In this document: one piece after another, positions 10,141 through 20,101 of the stretch
How the letters are laid out: each line of letters begins with the position of its first letter
How positions within the stretch are numbered: the first letter of the stretch is position 1
Assembly: GCF_006345805.1 (NCBI RefSeq)
Contig: NC_043003.1
Location: 88,598,001 to 88,662,000, forward strand
DNA: 64,000 nt
DNA from: Octopus sinensis
Lineage: Eukaryota
Reading direction: 5' to 3'
Notes under the pieces: generated by a model
Told to the model about the DNA's origin: nothing
Databases searched by the model: none
Seen by the model: the letters and a program-made list of their open reading frames with translations, nothing else
Made by a program: the position numbers and the translations under genes

Positions 10141-13100
10141 CATCATCATCATCATCATCATCGTTTAACGTCCGCTTTCCATGCTAGCATGGGTTGGACG
10201 GTTCAACTGGGGTCTGGCAAGCCCGAAGGCTGCACCAGGCCAGTCAGATCTGGCAGTGTTTCTACAGCTGGATGCCCTTCCTAACGCCAACCACTCCGAG
10301 AGTGTAGTGGGTGATTTTATGTGCCACCGACATAGGTGCCAGACGAGGCTGGCAGACGGCCACGCTCGGATGGTGTTTTTTATGTGCCACCGACAGAGGT
10401 GCCAGACGGGGCTGGCGGACGGCCACGCTTGGATGGTGTTTGTTACGTGCCCTCAGCACGGAGGCCAGTCGTTGCGGTACTGGCTACGATCACGTTCGGA
10501 TGGTTTTCTTATGTGCCACCGGCACTGGTACCACAAGGATACAAATTCCATTGATGTTCATCTATTTTGATTTGGTTCGATTTGATTTGATTTGATTCGA
10601 TTCGATTCTCACTTGCCTCAACAGGTCTTCACAAGTGTCACAAGAAGGAAGGTATGCACAGGTGGACTGACTACGTCCCAGGTAGGGGCCACGGATTATG
10701 GCTTCACTAGTCTTGCCGGGTCTTCTCAAGCACAGCATACTTCCATAGGTCTCGGTCTCTAGTCATTTCCATGGTGAGACCTAACGTCCGAAGGTCGTGC
10801 TTCACCACTTCGTCCCAGGTTTTCCTGGGTCTACCTCTTCCACGGGTTCCCTCAACTGCTAGGGATTGGCACTTTCTCACACACCTATCTTCATCCATTC
10901 TCGCCACATGACCATACCAGCGCAATCGTCTCTCTTGCACACAACAACTGATGCTTCTTAGGTACAACATTTCTCTCAAGGTGCTAACGCTCTGTCGAGT
11001 AAGTACACTGACATTACACATCCATCGGAGCATACTGGCTTCGTTCCTCACGAGCTTACGCATGTCCTCAGCAGTCACGGCCCATGTTTCACTGCCATGT
11101 AGCATAGCTGTTCGTACACATGCATCATACAGTCTGCCTTTTACTCTGAGCGAGAGGCCTTTAGTCACCAGCAGAGGTAAGAGCTCCCTAAACTTTGCCC
11201 AGGCTATTCTTATTCTAGCAGTTACACTTTCAGCGCACCCGCCCCCACTACTGACTTGGTCACCTAGATAGCGGAAGCTATCAACTACTTCTAGTTTTTC
11301 CCCCCGGAAAGTGACGGAAGTTGTTTTCTGCAGATTTTCGGAGGTCAATGCTCCAGAGCATCTGCCACATACAAAAACTATCTTCCCAGTTAGCCTACCT
11401 TTGACATTGCTGCACCTCTTATGTGTCCATAGCTTACACTGGGTACATCTTATAGAGTTTCTACCTACACCTTTTCTACAGATCGAGCAGGGCCATCTTC
11501 CTGAGGATATTTGTGGATTTTCTAACTTTCTACTTATTAGTACTTTGGTTTTAGCTAGGTTGACTCTAAGGCCCCTCGATTCTAAACCCTCCTTCCACAC
11601 CTGGAACTTCTCCTCCAGTTCTGATAGTGACTCAGCGATTAGAGCGAGGTCGTCAGCATAGAGGAGCTCCCAGGGGCAGCCTGTCTTGAATTCCTCCACA
11701 ATTGCCTGGAGGACTATGATAAATAGGAGGGGGCTGAGTACTGAACCCTGGTGGACCCCAACCTCTACCTTGAATTCTTCTGTGTACATGCTGCCAACTC
11801 TAACCTTACTTACGGCATCTCTGTACATGGCTTGCACAGCCCTCACCAGCCATTCATCTATCCCTAGTTTCTTCATTGACCACCAGATGAGGGATCGGGG
11901 GACCCTATCAAAGGCTTTCTCCATGTCAACGAAAGCCAGGTACAGGGGCTTATCTTTGGCTAGGTATTTCTCCTGCAGCTGCCTTACCAGGAATATAGCA
12001 TCAGTGGTGCTTTTCCCTGGGACAAACCCAAACTGCATCTCATCTAAACTAACTCTCTCTCTAATTAGTTGGGCTATGACCCTCTCCGTAACCTTCATTA
12101 CCTGATCCAACAGCTTGATACCTCTGTAATTATTTGTATCCAGGGCATCGCCTTTACCTTTGTAGCAGTTGACTAGTATGCTGCTACACCAGTCATTGGG
12201 TATGACTCCTTCGTGTATCACCTGGTTGACTATACGGGTGACTAGGTTATAGCCGACACTGCCAGATATTTTGAGCATCTCTGCAGTAATTCCTGATGGG
12301 CCTGGGGCTTTCCCTGTCTTCATGCTTCTAATTGCCTTAGCTACCACGGAACTATCAACTCGGCTAGCTGGTCCCTCTGTTGGGTCAACATTCGGCAGAC
12401 TCTCTTTATCCCATTCATTTTCTTTATTCAGCAACCTTTCATAGTGGCATCTCCAAACCTCTCTCTTTGCATCCTCATTTAGCGCAAGTGAACCATCATC
12501 CATGCGAACACACTTCTCTCCTACCACATCACGATTCTCTCTCACACACTGTCTTGCAACACGGAATACCTCAAGTCTTTCATCCTCACGGCTCAGAACA
12601 TTGGCAAATTTTTTCTTATCCGCTTCCCCTCTGGCTAAATAAACCTGTCTCCTAGCTTCCCTTTTGGCTGTCTGATACAATTCCCTGCTACCACCGTTCT
12701 TCCAGTCCTTCCAAGCCTGTCTCTTTTGTCTAATAGCCCTGTCAACCACATTGTTCCACCACCATGTTACTCTGGGTCGAGATGGTACTTTGCTCCATCC
12801 ACAGATCTGGTCAGTGGCTGTCAGCAGATTGTCCCGTAGGAATCTCCAGTTGTCTTCCACATTAAGTGAAGCTATATCCCCTTCTATTTCGTCAGAGGCT
12901 TCGAGTAGTATGTCTCTAAATCTCTGTCCATTTGCAGGATCTTTAAGCTTCCAGACCCTTCTCCTCCAAGCCGGTCTTCTTCTGGGCAACCATTTAGCTC
13001 TGATCCTGAAGTTGCTAACTACTAATCTATGTTGGGGAGTACATTCTTCGCCTGGGAAGGTTTTGGCATTTATAATCAGCCCTCTTTCCCTTTTTCTGGC

Positions 13101-13503
13101 AAGGATGTAGTCAATCTGGCTGGTGTGTCTGCCAGAACGGTAGGTGACTAGTTGAGAGGTGGGTTTCCTGAAGTGGGTATTGCAGACCATAAGGTCATTT
13201 GCATCGCAGAACTCCAGCAGCCTGGTTCCTTCCTCATTTCGAGAGCCAAAACTGTAGCCTCCATGGACGCCATGGAAGCCCCCGACATGTCATCCAACAT
13301 GTCCATTGAAATCACCTGCCACGAAGAGAAGGTCACTGTCATTTGTCAATGAGGTAGTCCGCAATAGGGTGTCATAGAATTGGTCCTTTTGTCCTTCCGG
13401 TAGCCCTGGTTGAGGGGCATATGCCGAGATGATGGTAGCTGTCCTATGGTGAAGAACTAATCTAATTTTAATTACTCTGTCACTTACTCTGACTACCTTG
13501 CCT
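10141..13503 (-). mobile_element. Near-intact 5'-truncated RTE LINE (partial APE, RT, PHD finger, 3' UTR repeats, (GAT)n tail)
   Basis: ORF 10707-13190 has YRGIKLL, FVDMEKAFDRV, GVHQGSVLSPLLF, LYADD, FRYLG; the APE part upstream is in the same frame, separated by one TGA at 13290-13292; (CAT)n at 10141-10162 on +; possible TSD TATGTAT (10134-10140, 13503-13509). Confidence 0.95.
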
Positions 13504-13542
13504 ATGTATATATATATATATACATATATATACAAATATATA

Positions 13543-13745
13543 CAAATTTAAATTAATGCTGCAACAGAACTTTTCCCACGATGGAACAATGGTTTTTCTC
13601 TGACAGCAGTTTTACATTTTCCAGATGCCTTTAGCTAGGCCAAAATAATGTTTTCTCTACTTGACCCTTTCTAACATCTTCTACTTCACCAAAAATGAGA
13701 ATAGAGATAACAAGACCACAAACTAAATCTATTATTCTCAATGAT
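13543..13745. repeat. Right arm of 203-bp inverted duplication (partner 9479-9681)
   Basis: CAAATTTAAATTAATGCTGCAAC...ATTCTCAATGAT is the reverse complement of 9479-9681. Confidence 0.9.
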
Positions 13746-13761
13746 ATATGTATTATATATT

Positions 13762-15910
13762 TTGATTTGATTTGATTTGATTTTAGATTTGATTTTTTAG
13801 TTTCAGCTCATGAGCTGTGGCCATGCTGGGGCACCGCCATTTGGTGTTGCTACATGGTTTTACTTCACGAAAGCTTTTTAGCGACTGCCATTTGGTGCAT
13901 GAGAGAGTTCGATGCAGCTGCCATCATCTGCACATCCTGCCGTGAAGTTGGTTCATCTGGGACACCTGACAGGAAGAGATCCAGTTTCATTTTAAAGACA
14001 TCTGCATCCACCCCATGCAGGTCTCTCAGGTTCTTCGGGAGGATATTGAAGAGCTGTGGGCCTCGGAAGCCCAGGCTATCACAGTATCTTGTTCTACATC
14101 TTGATGGCAAATTCGGAGTCCTAGGCACCACGCAGTGGCGCCCAGTTCTGGCATTTGTGTAACTCTCGATGCCAAAGTTTGGGACATGTCCCTCCAGGAT
14201 CTTCCAGATGTATATTATGGCATATCTTTCCCGCCTACGCTCCAAGGAATATAGTTTTAATCTCTTGAGTCTTTCCCAGTAGCTTACATTCTGCATAGAG
14301 GCTATCTTCTTCGTGTAGCTACGTTGGATCGCCTCGAGTTCTGTGATCAACTTGACATTGGATGGTGACCATAACTGAGAGCAATAGTCAAAGTGGCTTA
14401 GGACAAGTGTCCTCCAGAGGACCATCATGGTTTCTTGTTCTCTTGTTCTAAAGGTTCTGAGAATCCATCCGGCCAGTCGTCTACATTTCATTGCCAATTT
14501 AGCAACATGTACACGAAAGGTTGTGTCATTACTCATGTAAATACCCAGGTCACGCACTGATTGTGCCTCTGGGATTGCTATTCCTCCGGGTCCAGTGTAT
14601 TCATTGGGTATTGCATTTAGTTTTGCATGCTGATAGTATAAAGCTTGAAACTTTTCAGCATTGAACTGCATGCTATTCTTTTCAGCCCACTTGTATATTT
14701 TGTCCAGCTCACATTGCAGGCGTTTAGTGTCCTCAGGGTTCTGTATTGCCTGTGAAACTTTTGTATCATCTGCATAACTTGTGATCGTGGCTCTCTGCGT
14801 GGCTGAGGGCATGTCTGAGAGGGCCATTATGAACAGTAGTGGTCCCAAAACAGTGCCCTGCGGAACACCGCTCACTATTTGCGTGTTAATGGAAGTGGCT
14901 ACTACCACCTGACTTCTATCTTTCAGAAAGTCATAAACCATTCTCCCAGTTTTCCAACTATGTTGAGATCACGCAGTTTGTGACATATCATTCCATGATC
15001 GACTTTATCAAAGGCCTTTGCAAAGTCGAGATATATCACTTCCACATTTGAGTGGTTGAGCAGCCGTTTCAGCACCCAGTCATAGTGTTGTAGGAGCTGA
15101 GTTAAACAGCTTCTCCCTGGTCGGAAACCATGTTGGGTGTCGGGCAGCAAGTCATTTTCTTCAAGGAAGGTGATCAGTTTCCTTCTGACTATTCGTTCCA
15201 TGACCTTGCTGATGTGTGAGGTCAGAGAGATAGGTCTGTAGTTCTTTGCCTCCGCTCTGCTACCTCCTTTATGAATGGTGCATATTTTTCCTTCCTTCAG
15301 TTGTCTTGGAAGTTTGCCAGCTGCAAGGAAGCTCTGAAAGAGGAACTGCAGTGGTCTTGCTAGGACTCTCTTACAGGAGGATTGCCGGGAATCTATCGGG
15401 GCCAGTAGCTGAGTCTGTTTTCATTTCATCTATAGCCTTTATTACATCGTCTTCCTTTATATCGATGTAATCTATCGTCGCCGCCTCTGATTTTATATCT
15501 GCAGTGGTAAAAAAAGTCAGTTGGATTGGTGATTTGGAGATGCCCAAGGGGTGGAGTGAAAACACTCTTGAATTGCTCATTCAGTATTTCACTTACCCTC
15601 ATTGGTTTTCCTGTAAGTGTGCCATCCTTTTCAAGGAGTGGCCCTATCCTACAGTGCGCCGTAGCTGTTTCTTTGGCATACCTGTAGAAAGCTCTGGGGT
15701 TAGATTTTATGTTGTCTATAGCCCAGGCTTCTTTGTCTGCTCTTTCCTTTTCATGGGAGAGTTGCAGACATTTTTCAATTTGCAACAGTTTTATTCTCAG
15801 GCGGGACTTTTCACTGCTTTCAATCTGTTTGTTTAGGCGATTTGAAATTTTTGTACGCCGTCTCATTAAAATTTTCCTCTCTCTGGGGATTTTGTTCTTG
15901 TGTACAGTGG
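13762..15910 (-). mobile_element. 5'-truncated CR1-group LINE, second family, frameshifted
   Basis: QHGFRPGRSCLTQL, YLDFAKAFDKVDH, GVPQGTVLGPLLF, YADD, VRDLGI, VPDEP; 3' stem-loop and (ATCAA)n tail at 13762-13800. Confidence 0.92.
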
Positions 15911-16029
15911 CTTTTCTCTCTTTATATATATCTTTATATATATATACATATATATGTGTGTATATATATATACACACACATATATATATTAGCCATTACA
16001 CACATTTTTTCCTCACCTTGTTTTTTCTG

Positions 16030-16160
16030 TGTCCCTTTCTGTTGAAGAGCATAGGCTCGAAACGTAAAAGACTTTTTCTATTCCTGAGCGTTATACTAAC
16101 ACACCTGTTGGTTTTGTACACCACCTGTCTTCGTCTTTTGTTTTTTTCGTAAACTCTCCC
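16030..16160 (+). mobile_element. Penelope-terminal-repeat-like fragment
   Basis: TGAAGAGCATAGGCTCGAAACGT resembles the CTGAAGA...CGAAAC motif of Penelope termini; no coding part adjacent. Confidence 0.4.
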
Positions 16161-16182
16161 TATATATATATACGGCGGGCTT

Positions 16183-16335
16183 CCTTCAGTTTCCGTCTAC
16201 CAAATCCACTCACAAGGCTTTGGTGGGCCCGAGAGTATAGTAGAAGACACTTACTCAAGGTGTCACGCAGTGGGACTGAACCGAGAACAATGTGGTTCGT
16301 AAGCAAGCTACTTACCACACAGCCACTCCTACGCC
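16183..16335 (-). mobile_element. SINE family A head
   Basis: Reverse complement GGAGTGGCTGTGTGGTAAGTAGCTTGCTTACG...GGTTCAGTCCCACTGCGTG. Confidence 0.85.
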
Positions 16336-16639
16336 TACACACATATATATACAGAATAAAAGTAAAACGAAGCAAGCCATGTAGATATGTTATTGCAATT
16401 TAATCGTAGTATTGCTATGTTAAAGCAATTGGCATATATACACAAATACGCCCAACCACTTCGTTTCGTCATAAGTCCTGCAACAAATAGATATTGTTTA
16501 ATGAAATTTTCTACAAATACGCATCAGAGCATGTAGATTCTGATTATATCTGAATTTGTGGAAAAAATATTTTCGGGGAAGTGTGGACAGAAGATTCAGA
16601 AAATTCACATGGGTCAGCTGTAGGTAATTTTAAACGAAG

Positions 16640-16929
16640 TTTCAGACAAACGAAACATTGCCATAATATTAAACATGTACGATAATACCCAGCAGTTGAA
16701 GGACGCCGTTCCGGCAGCCTTTGCAACAATCACCAATGCACAGCTTCGTATAATATCACACAGGACATGGCGCCGCACCATTTTGTGCCACGAATGTGCG
16801 ACAGTATCAGTGTGAATGAAAGTGAATAAACTAAAACCAGTACATGTGTTTGATATTATTTTATTGTTCTTCTATTCTTATTACTTTTTAAAAATCTGCC
16901 GGTCAAAGTGAAAAGATCCGGACCCTGTA
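16640..16929 (+). mobile_element. Tc1/mariner-type remnant (transposase C-terminus and right TIR)
   Basis: Frame reads QQLKDAVPAAFATITNAQLRIISHRTWRRTILC; ends AAAAGATCCGGACCCTG+TA; similar end AAAAGATCCCAACCCTG+TA at 4963-4981. Confidence 0.5.
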
Positions 16930-17201
16930 CAAACTGACACCCATCACATTTGTTTTGCGAAAAATTTATAATCGCAACAAATTCCTATATAATCTGAATC
17001 TACCTGTATTGGTAGTGTATTCGTAAAAAATTTCATTAAAAATATATCCATATTTCTGAAAGTTATAAAAAAGGAATTCATTGGGGCGCACATGAATGCT
17101 TCAGCTAACTCCGGCCGCTTACTGTATATCATTGCTCAATCGTTACAGGAAGTCCATAGTAAACATTATTTTAAATATAGGGTGAATATATATATACACA
17201 C

Positions 17202-17250
<49 letters not shown>

Positions 17251-17394
17251 ATTATATATATATATATCTCAAGAGAGAAAGAATTAGCCTTTGATATATA
17301 TATATAAATATACATACATATACGCATATAGATATTTATATATTTTAATAAATATATTTACTTTTACATGAAGTATAAAAGATACACAAAACTA

Positions 17395-17570
17395 AGGGGA
17401 GAATGCATAAAGAACTGTTAGCACGTCGGGCAAGATGCTTAATGGTATTTCGTCCGTTTGTACGTCCTTAGTTGATAAAATAGGTACCAGTTGAACACTG
17501 ACTGGGTCGATGTAGTTGGCTTATCCCTCCCATTAACTTGCTGGCCACGTCCCACATTTGAAACCAATAG
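17395..17570 (+). mobile_element. Degraded SINE family B
   Basis: GTTAGCACGTCGGGCAAGATGCTTAATGGTATTTCGTC...GATAAAATAGGTACCAGTTG. Confidence 0.7.
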
Positions 17571-18300
17571 ATGTAAATATCTCTATACTTGTACTTGTGT
17601 TTATCTTAATATATTTAATTTTTGTATCTCTCTGTATGCCTATTTAAATCTATATGCATATATATCAAGCATAATCGTGTTTATCTGCATCACTATGTCC
17701 ATAGCAGCTCACCTGGATTTCTCTTACTGCCAATTGGCTCTGTGTGCCTAGTCCCCCATAAAGACCTCGGTGTTGAAGTTCAAATCATTTGAGAACTACT
17801 GCTTTGTTTTCTATATTTAATATCTATCTATCTATATATATATAAGCACACATACATAGATTGGTGTATATATATATATAAATATATACCTTGATACTTG
17901 GATCTTATCTTTACGTATATATGTATGTATGTAAACCGTATAGGCCACTAACATTATCTCTCATGAGTATTAATGTCCTTCATATATTTATATGTATGTA
18001 TACATACATGCAGTATACAAGTTATAAAGTCTTGACAAGCGGCGAAAGCAAACATGAGATTAATTTTATTATATTCATATTTATTTGATTTATAAGAGCG
18101 GAAAAATATCAATGAAGGATGAATTTTATAATGTTTAATATCGCTTGCATAGATATAACATGCAAATGCACATTTTAAACACGCTTTGGCACTAAATTTT
18201 AAGCCCTTGATACACTAACTTCCATACAAACAGACATATACACATCCATTACAGTCACATACACACACAAACAGAATTGGGTTATACACTATGCTAATGA

Positions 18301-18366
18301 TGACGTCAATCTGCTACTAACTGAATCAACCAATCAGAAAACGAAGCCGAGCAGGAGTCGTCATTT
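18301..18366 (+). promoter_or_regulatory. Candidate promoter of the hnRNP-like gene: CRE, CCAAT box, Inr-like
   Basis: TGACGTCA 18301-18308; AACCAATCAG with CCAAT at 18330-18334; TCATTT (TCAKTY) 18361-18366; about 220-280 nt upstream of the ATG. Confidence 0.55.
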
Positions 18367-18580
18367 CTGTTTCTCAGATATTGCTTCACTTAGTCTTGTT
18401 TATGTTTTGTCAAGAGATTTATTGTAAAAACAAGGCTTTATTTCATTGAAAATTCATTGAAAAATACTATTTTCTTGATATATAATCTTTCCGTTTGTGT
18501 AATCCCGAAGAAATATGTCCGTATAGAAATTGGAAATTACTGTTGGAAAATATTTTTAAAAGGAAAAATAAGAAAAGAAA

Positions 18581-19570
18581 ATGGCAGATCGCAGGTTTGT
18601 AGCGATGGACGATCGAGATTATTGCAAACTGTTCGTTGGACGTTTAAATCGAGATATCAATGAAAAACATCTGAAATCTTATTTTGAAAATTGGGGAGAA
18701 GTGGCCGAAGCTCGAATTGTTAGAGACTCATACGGTTTCGTAACTTTCCGATATCCACAACATCTGGACGACTGTCAAGGCGCGCGGCCTCACTCCATCG
18801 GCGAGCAACAAATAATCACGCGAAGGGTTAATTCTCGGGACAAAAACACAGCTGAAGTGTACAAGTTGTTTATCAAGGGCGTCAGCGAGGATACAACAGA
18901 GACAGACATCAAGCAATCATTTTCACCGTATGGTATTATTAAGGATATAGAAATGCCGAAGGATCTACGAACTGGACAACAGAAGGACTTCTGCTTCGTT
19001 ACTTTTGATGATTATGACAGCGTTGATAAGTGTGTGATCCAGCAAACATTCTCCGTGGCCGGCCGCGACGTATGGGTGCAGAAAGATAGAAAACAGGATT
19101 TACAGGGTCGCAGTGTAACATATCGAAAAGGTGGGTATGAAGACGGTTATTCAAACTCGTCTAATTACCGCCGTGACCAGGGTTGGCACAACGGTGGAAT
19201 TAGTAATGGTGGTAATAATAATAATTATAATGGTGGTGGTCACAACAGTTCGAATTACAGTGGTGACTCGGCTTGGAGAAATGGCAATAGTTACTCGCGT
19301 AGCAACTATCGACGCGAGAACAACTGGAACGGTCGGTCGAGTTACCATCAGAGGGATGACGGCTTCACTAATCGCCTCAACTTCAACCGTGACCCGAACT
19401 GGAGTAATAGTCACACCTCAAGTTATCACGACCAGCAAAGGTCGGGTGGTCACACCAACACCAATTACCACCGGGAACGAAGCTTGGGTCGTGTTAGCTC
19501 CAGTTATGGCAATAATAAAGACCAGACACGTTCTTCTAAGAGAAACTACGATAAACAGGGCCGCAACTGA
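18581..19570 (+). CDS. Intronless divergent hnRNP A1/A2/Hrb-family RNA-binding protein, 329 aa (2 RRMs and low-complexity tail), probable retrogene
   Basis: RRM1 KLFVGRL...YGFVTF...ARPHSI; RRM2 KLFIKGVSEDT...FCFVTFDDYDSVDKCVIQ aligns with hnRNP A1 KIFVGGIKEDT...FAFVTFDDHDSVDKIVIQ; single uninterrupted ORF. Confidence 0.9.
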   Translation: MADRRFVAMDDRDYCKLFVGRLNRDINEKHLKSYFENWGEVAEARIVRDSYGFVTFRYPQHLDDCQGARPHSIGEQQIITRRVNSRDKNTAEVYKLFIKGVSEDTTETDIKQSFSPYGIIKDIEMPKDLRTGQQKDFCFVTFDDYDSVDKCVIQQTFSVAGRDVWVQKDRKQDLQGRSVTYRKGGYEDGYSNSSNYRRDQGWHNGGISNGGNNNNYNGGGHNSSNYSGDSAWRNGNSYSRSNYRRENNWNGRSSYHQRDDGFTNRLNFNRDPNWSNSHTSSYHDQQRSGGHTNTNYHRERSLGRVSSSYGNNKDQTRSSKRNYDKQGRN

Positions 19571-20030
19571 AAATGGCAGGAATGAGGTCCAAACATGATG
19601 TAGAGAGGGGCCAGGTTCTATATTTTCTAGTTCCTCACCTACATTGGATCTAAAAGAAAAAAAAAAAAAAAATAGGGAGACAAAAGAAGAAATTTGAAAA
19701 CAGGAAAAAAAAAAATTCAAAAATATTTGAAAGATGTAGAAGAAAAGAAAAATATAACTTTGGATGTTTTTTGTAATTAATTAACTGTATCGAATAACTT
19801 TTTTTTTTCAAATTTAATTTGTATTGTTTTTTTTCGTTTCTTAGAAATTTTGATCTGAATTTTTAAACTGTGACTCACATGGGTTATTAAAATATTACCT
19901 GTGTTGACGCTGATGTGTATTCTACATGTATATATTATAGGATATATATATATATATATATATTCTATATATTATAGTAGTATTAAGTTTTTATGTAATA
20001 TTTTTCATATATATCTATTGAATATTGTAG

Positions 20031-20101
<71 letters not shown>

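Noticed and set aside
10951-13110. Long plus-strand ORFs opposite the RTE (also 3616-4485, 55874-56668, 62078-62554)
   Set aside because: Antisense shadow frames of LINE ORF2
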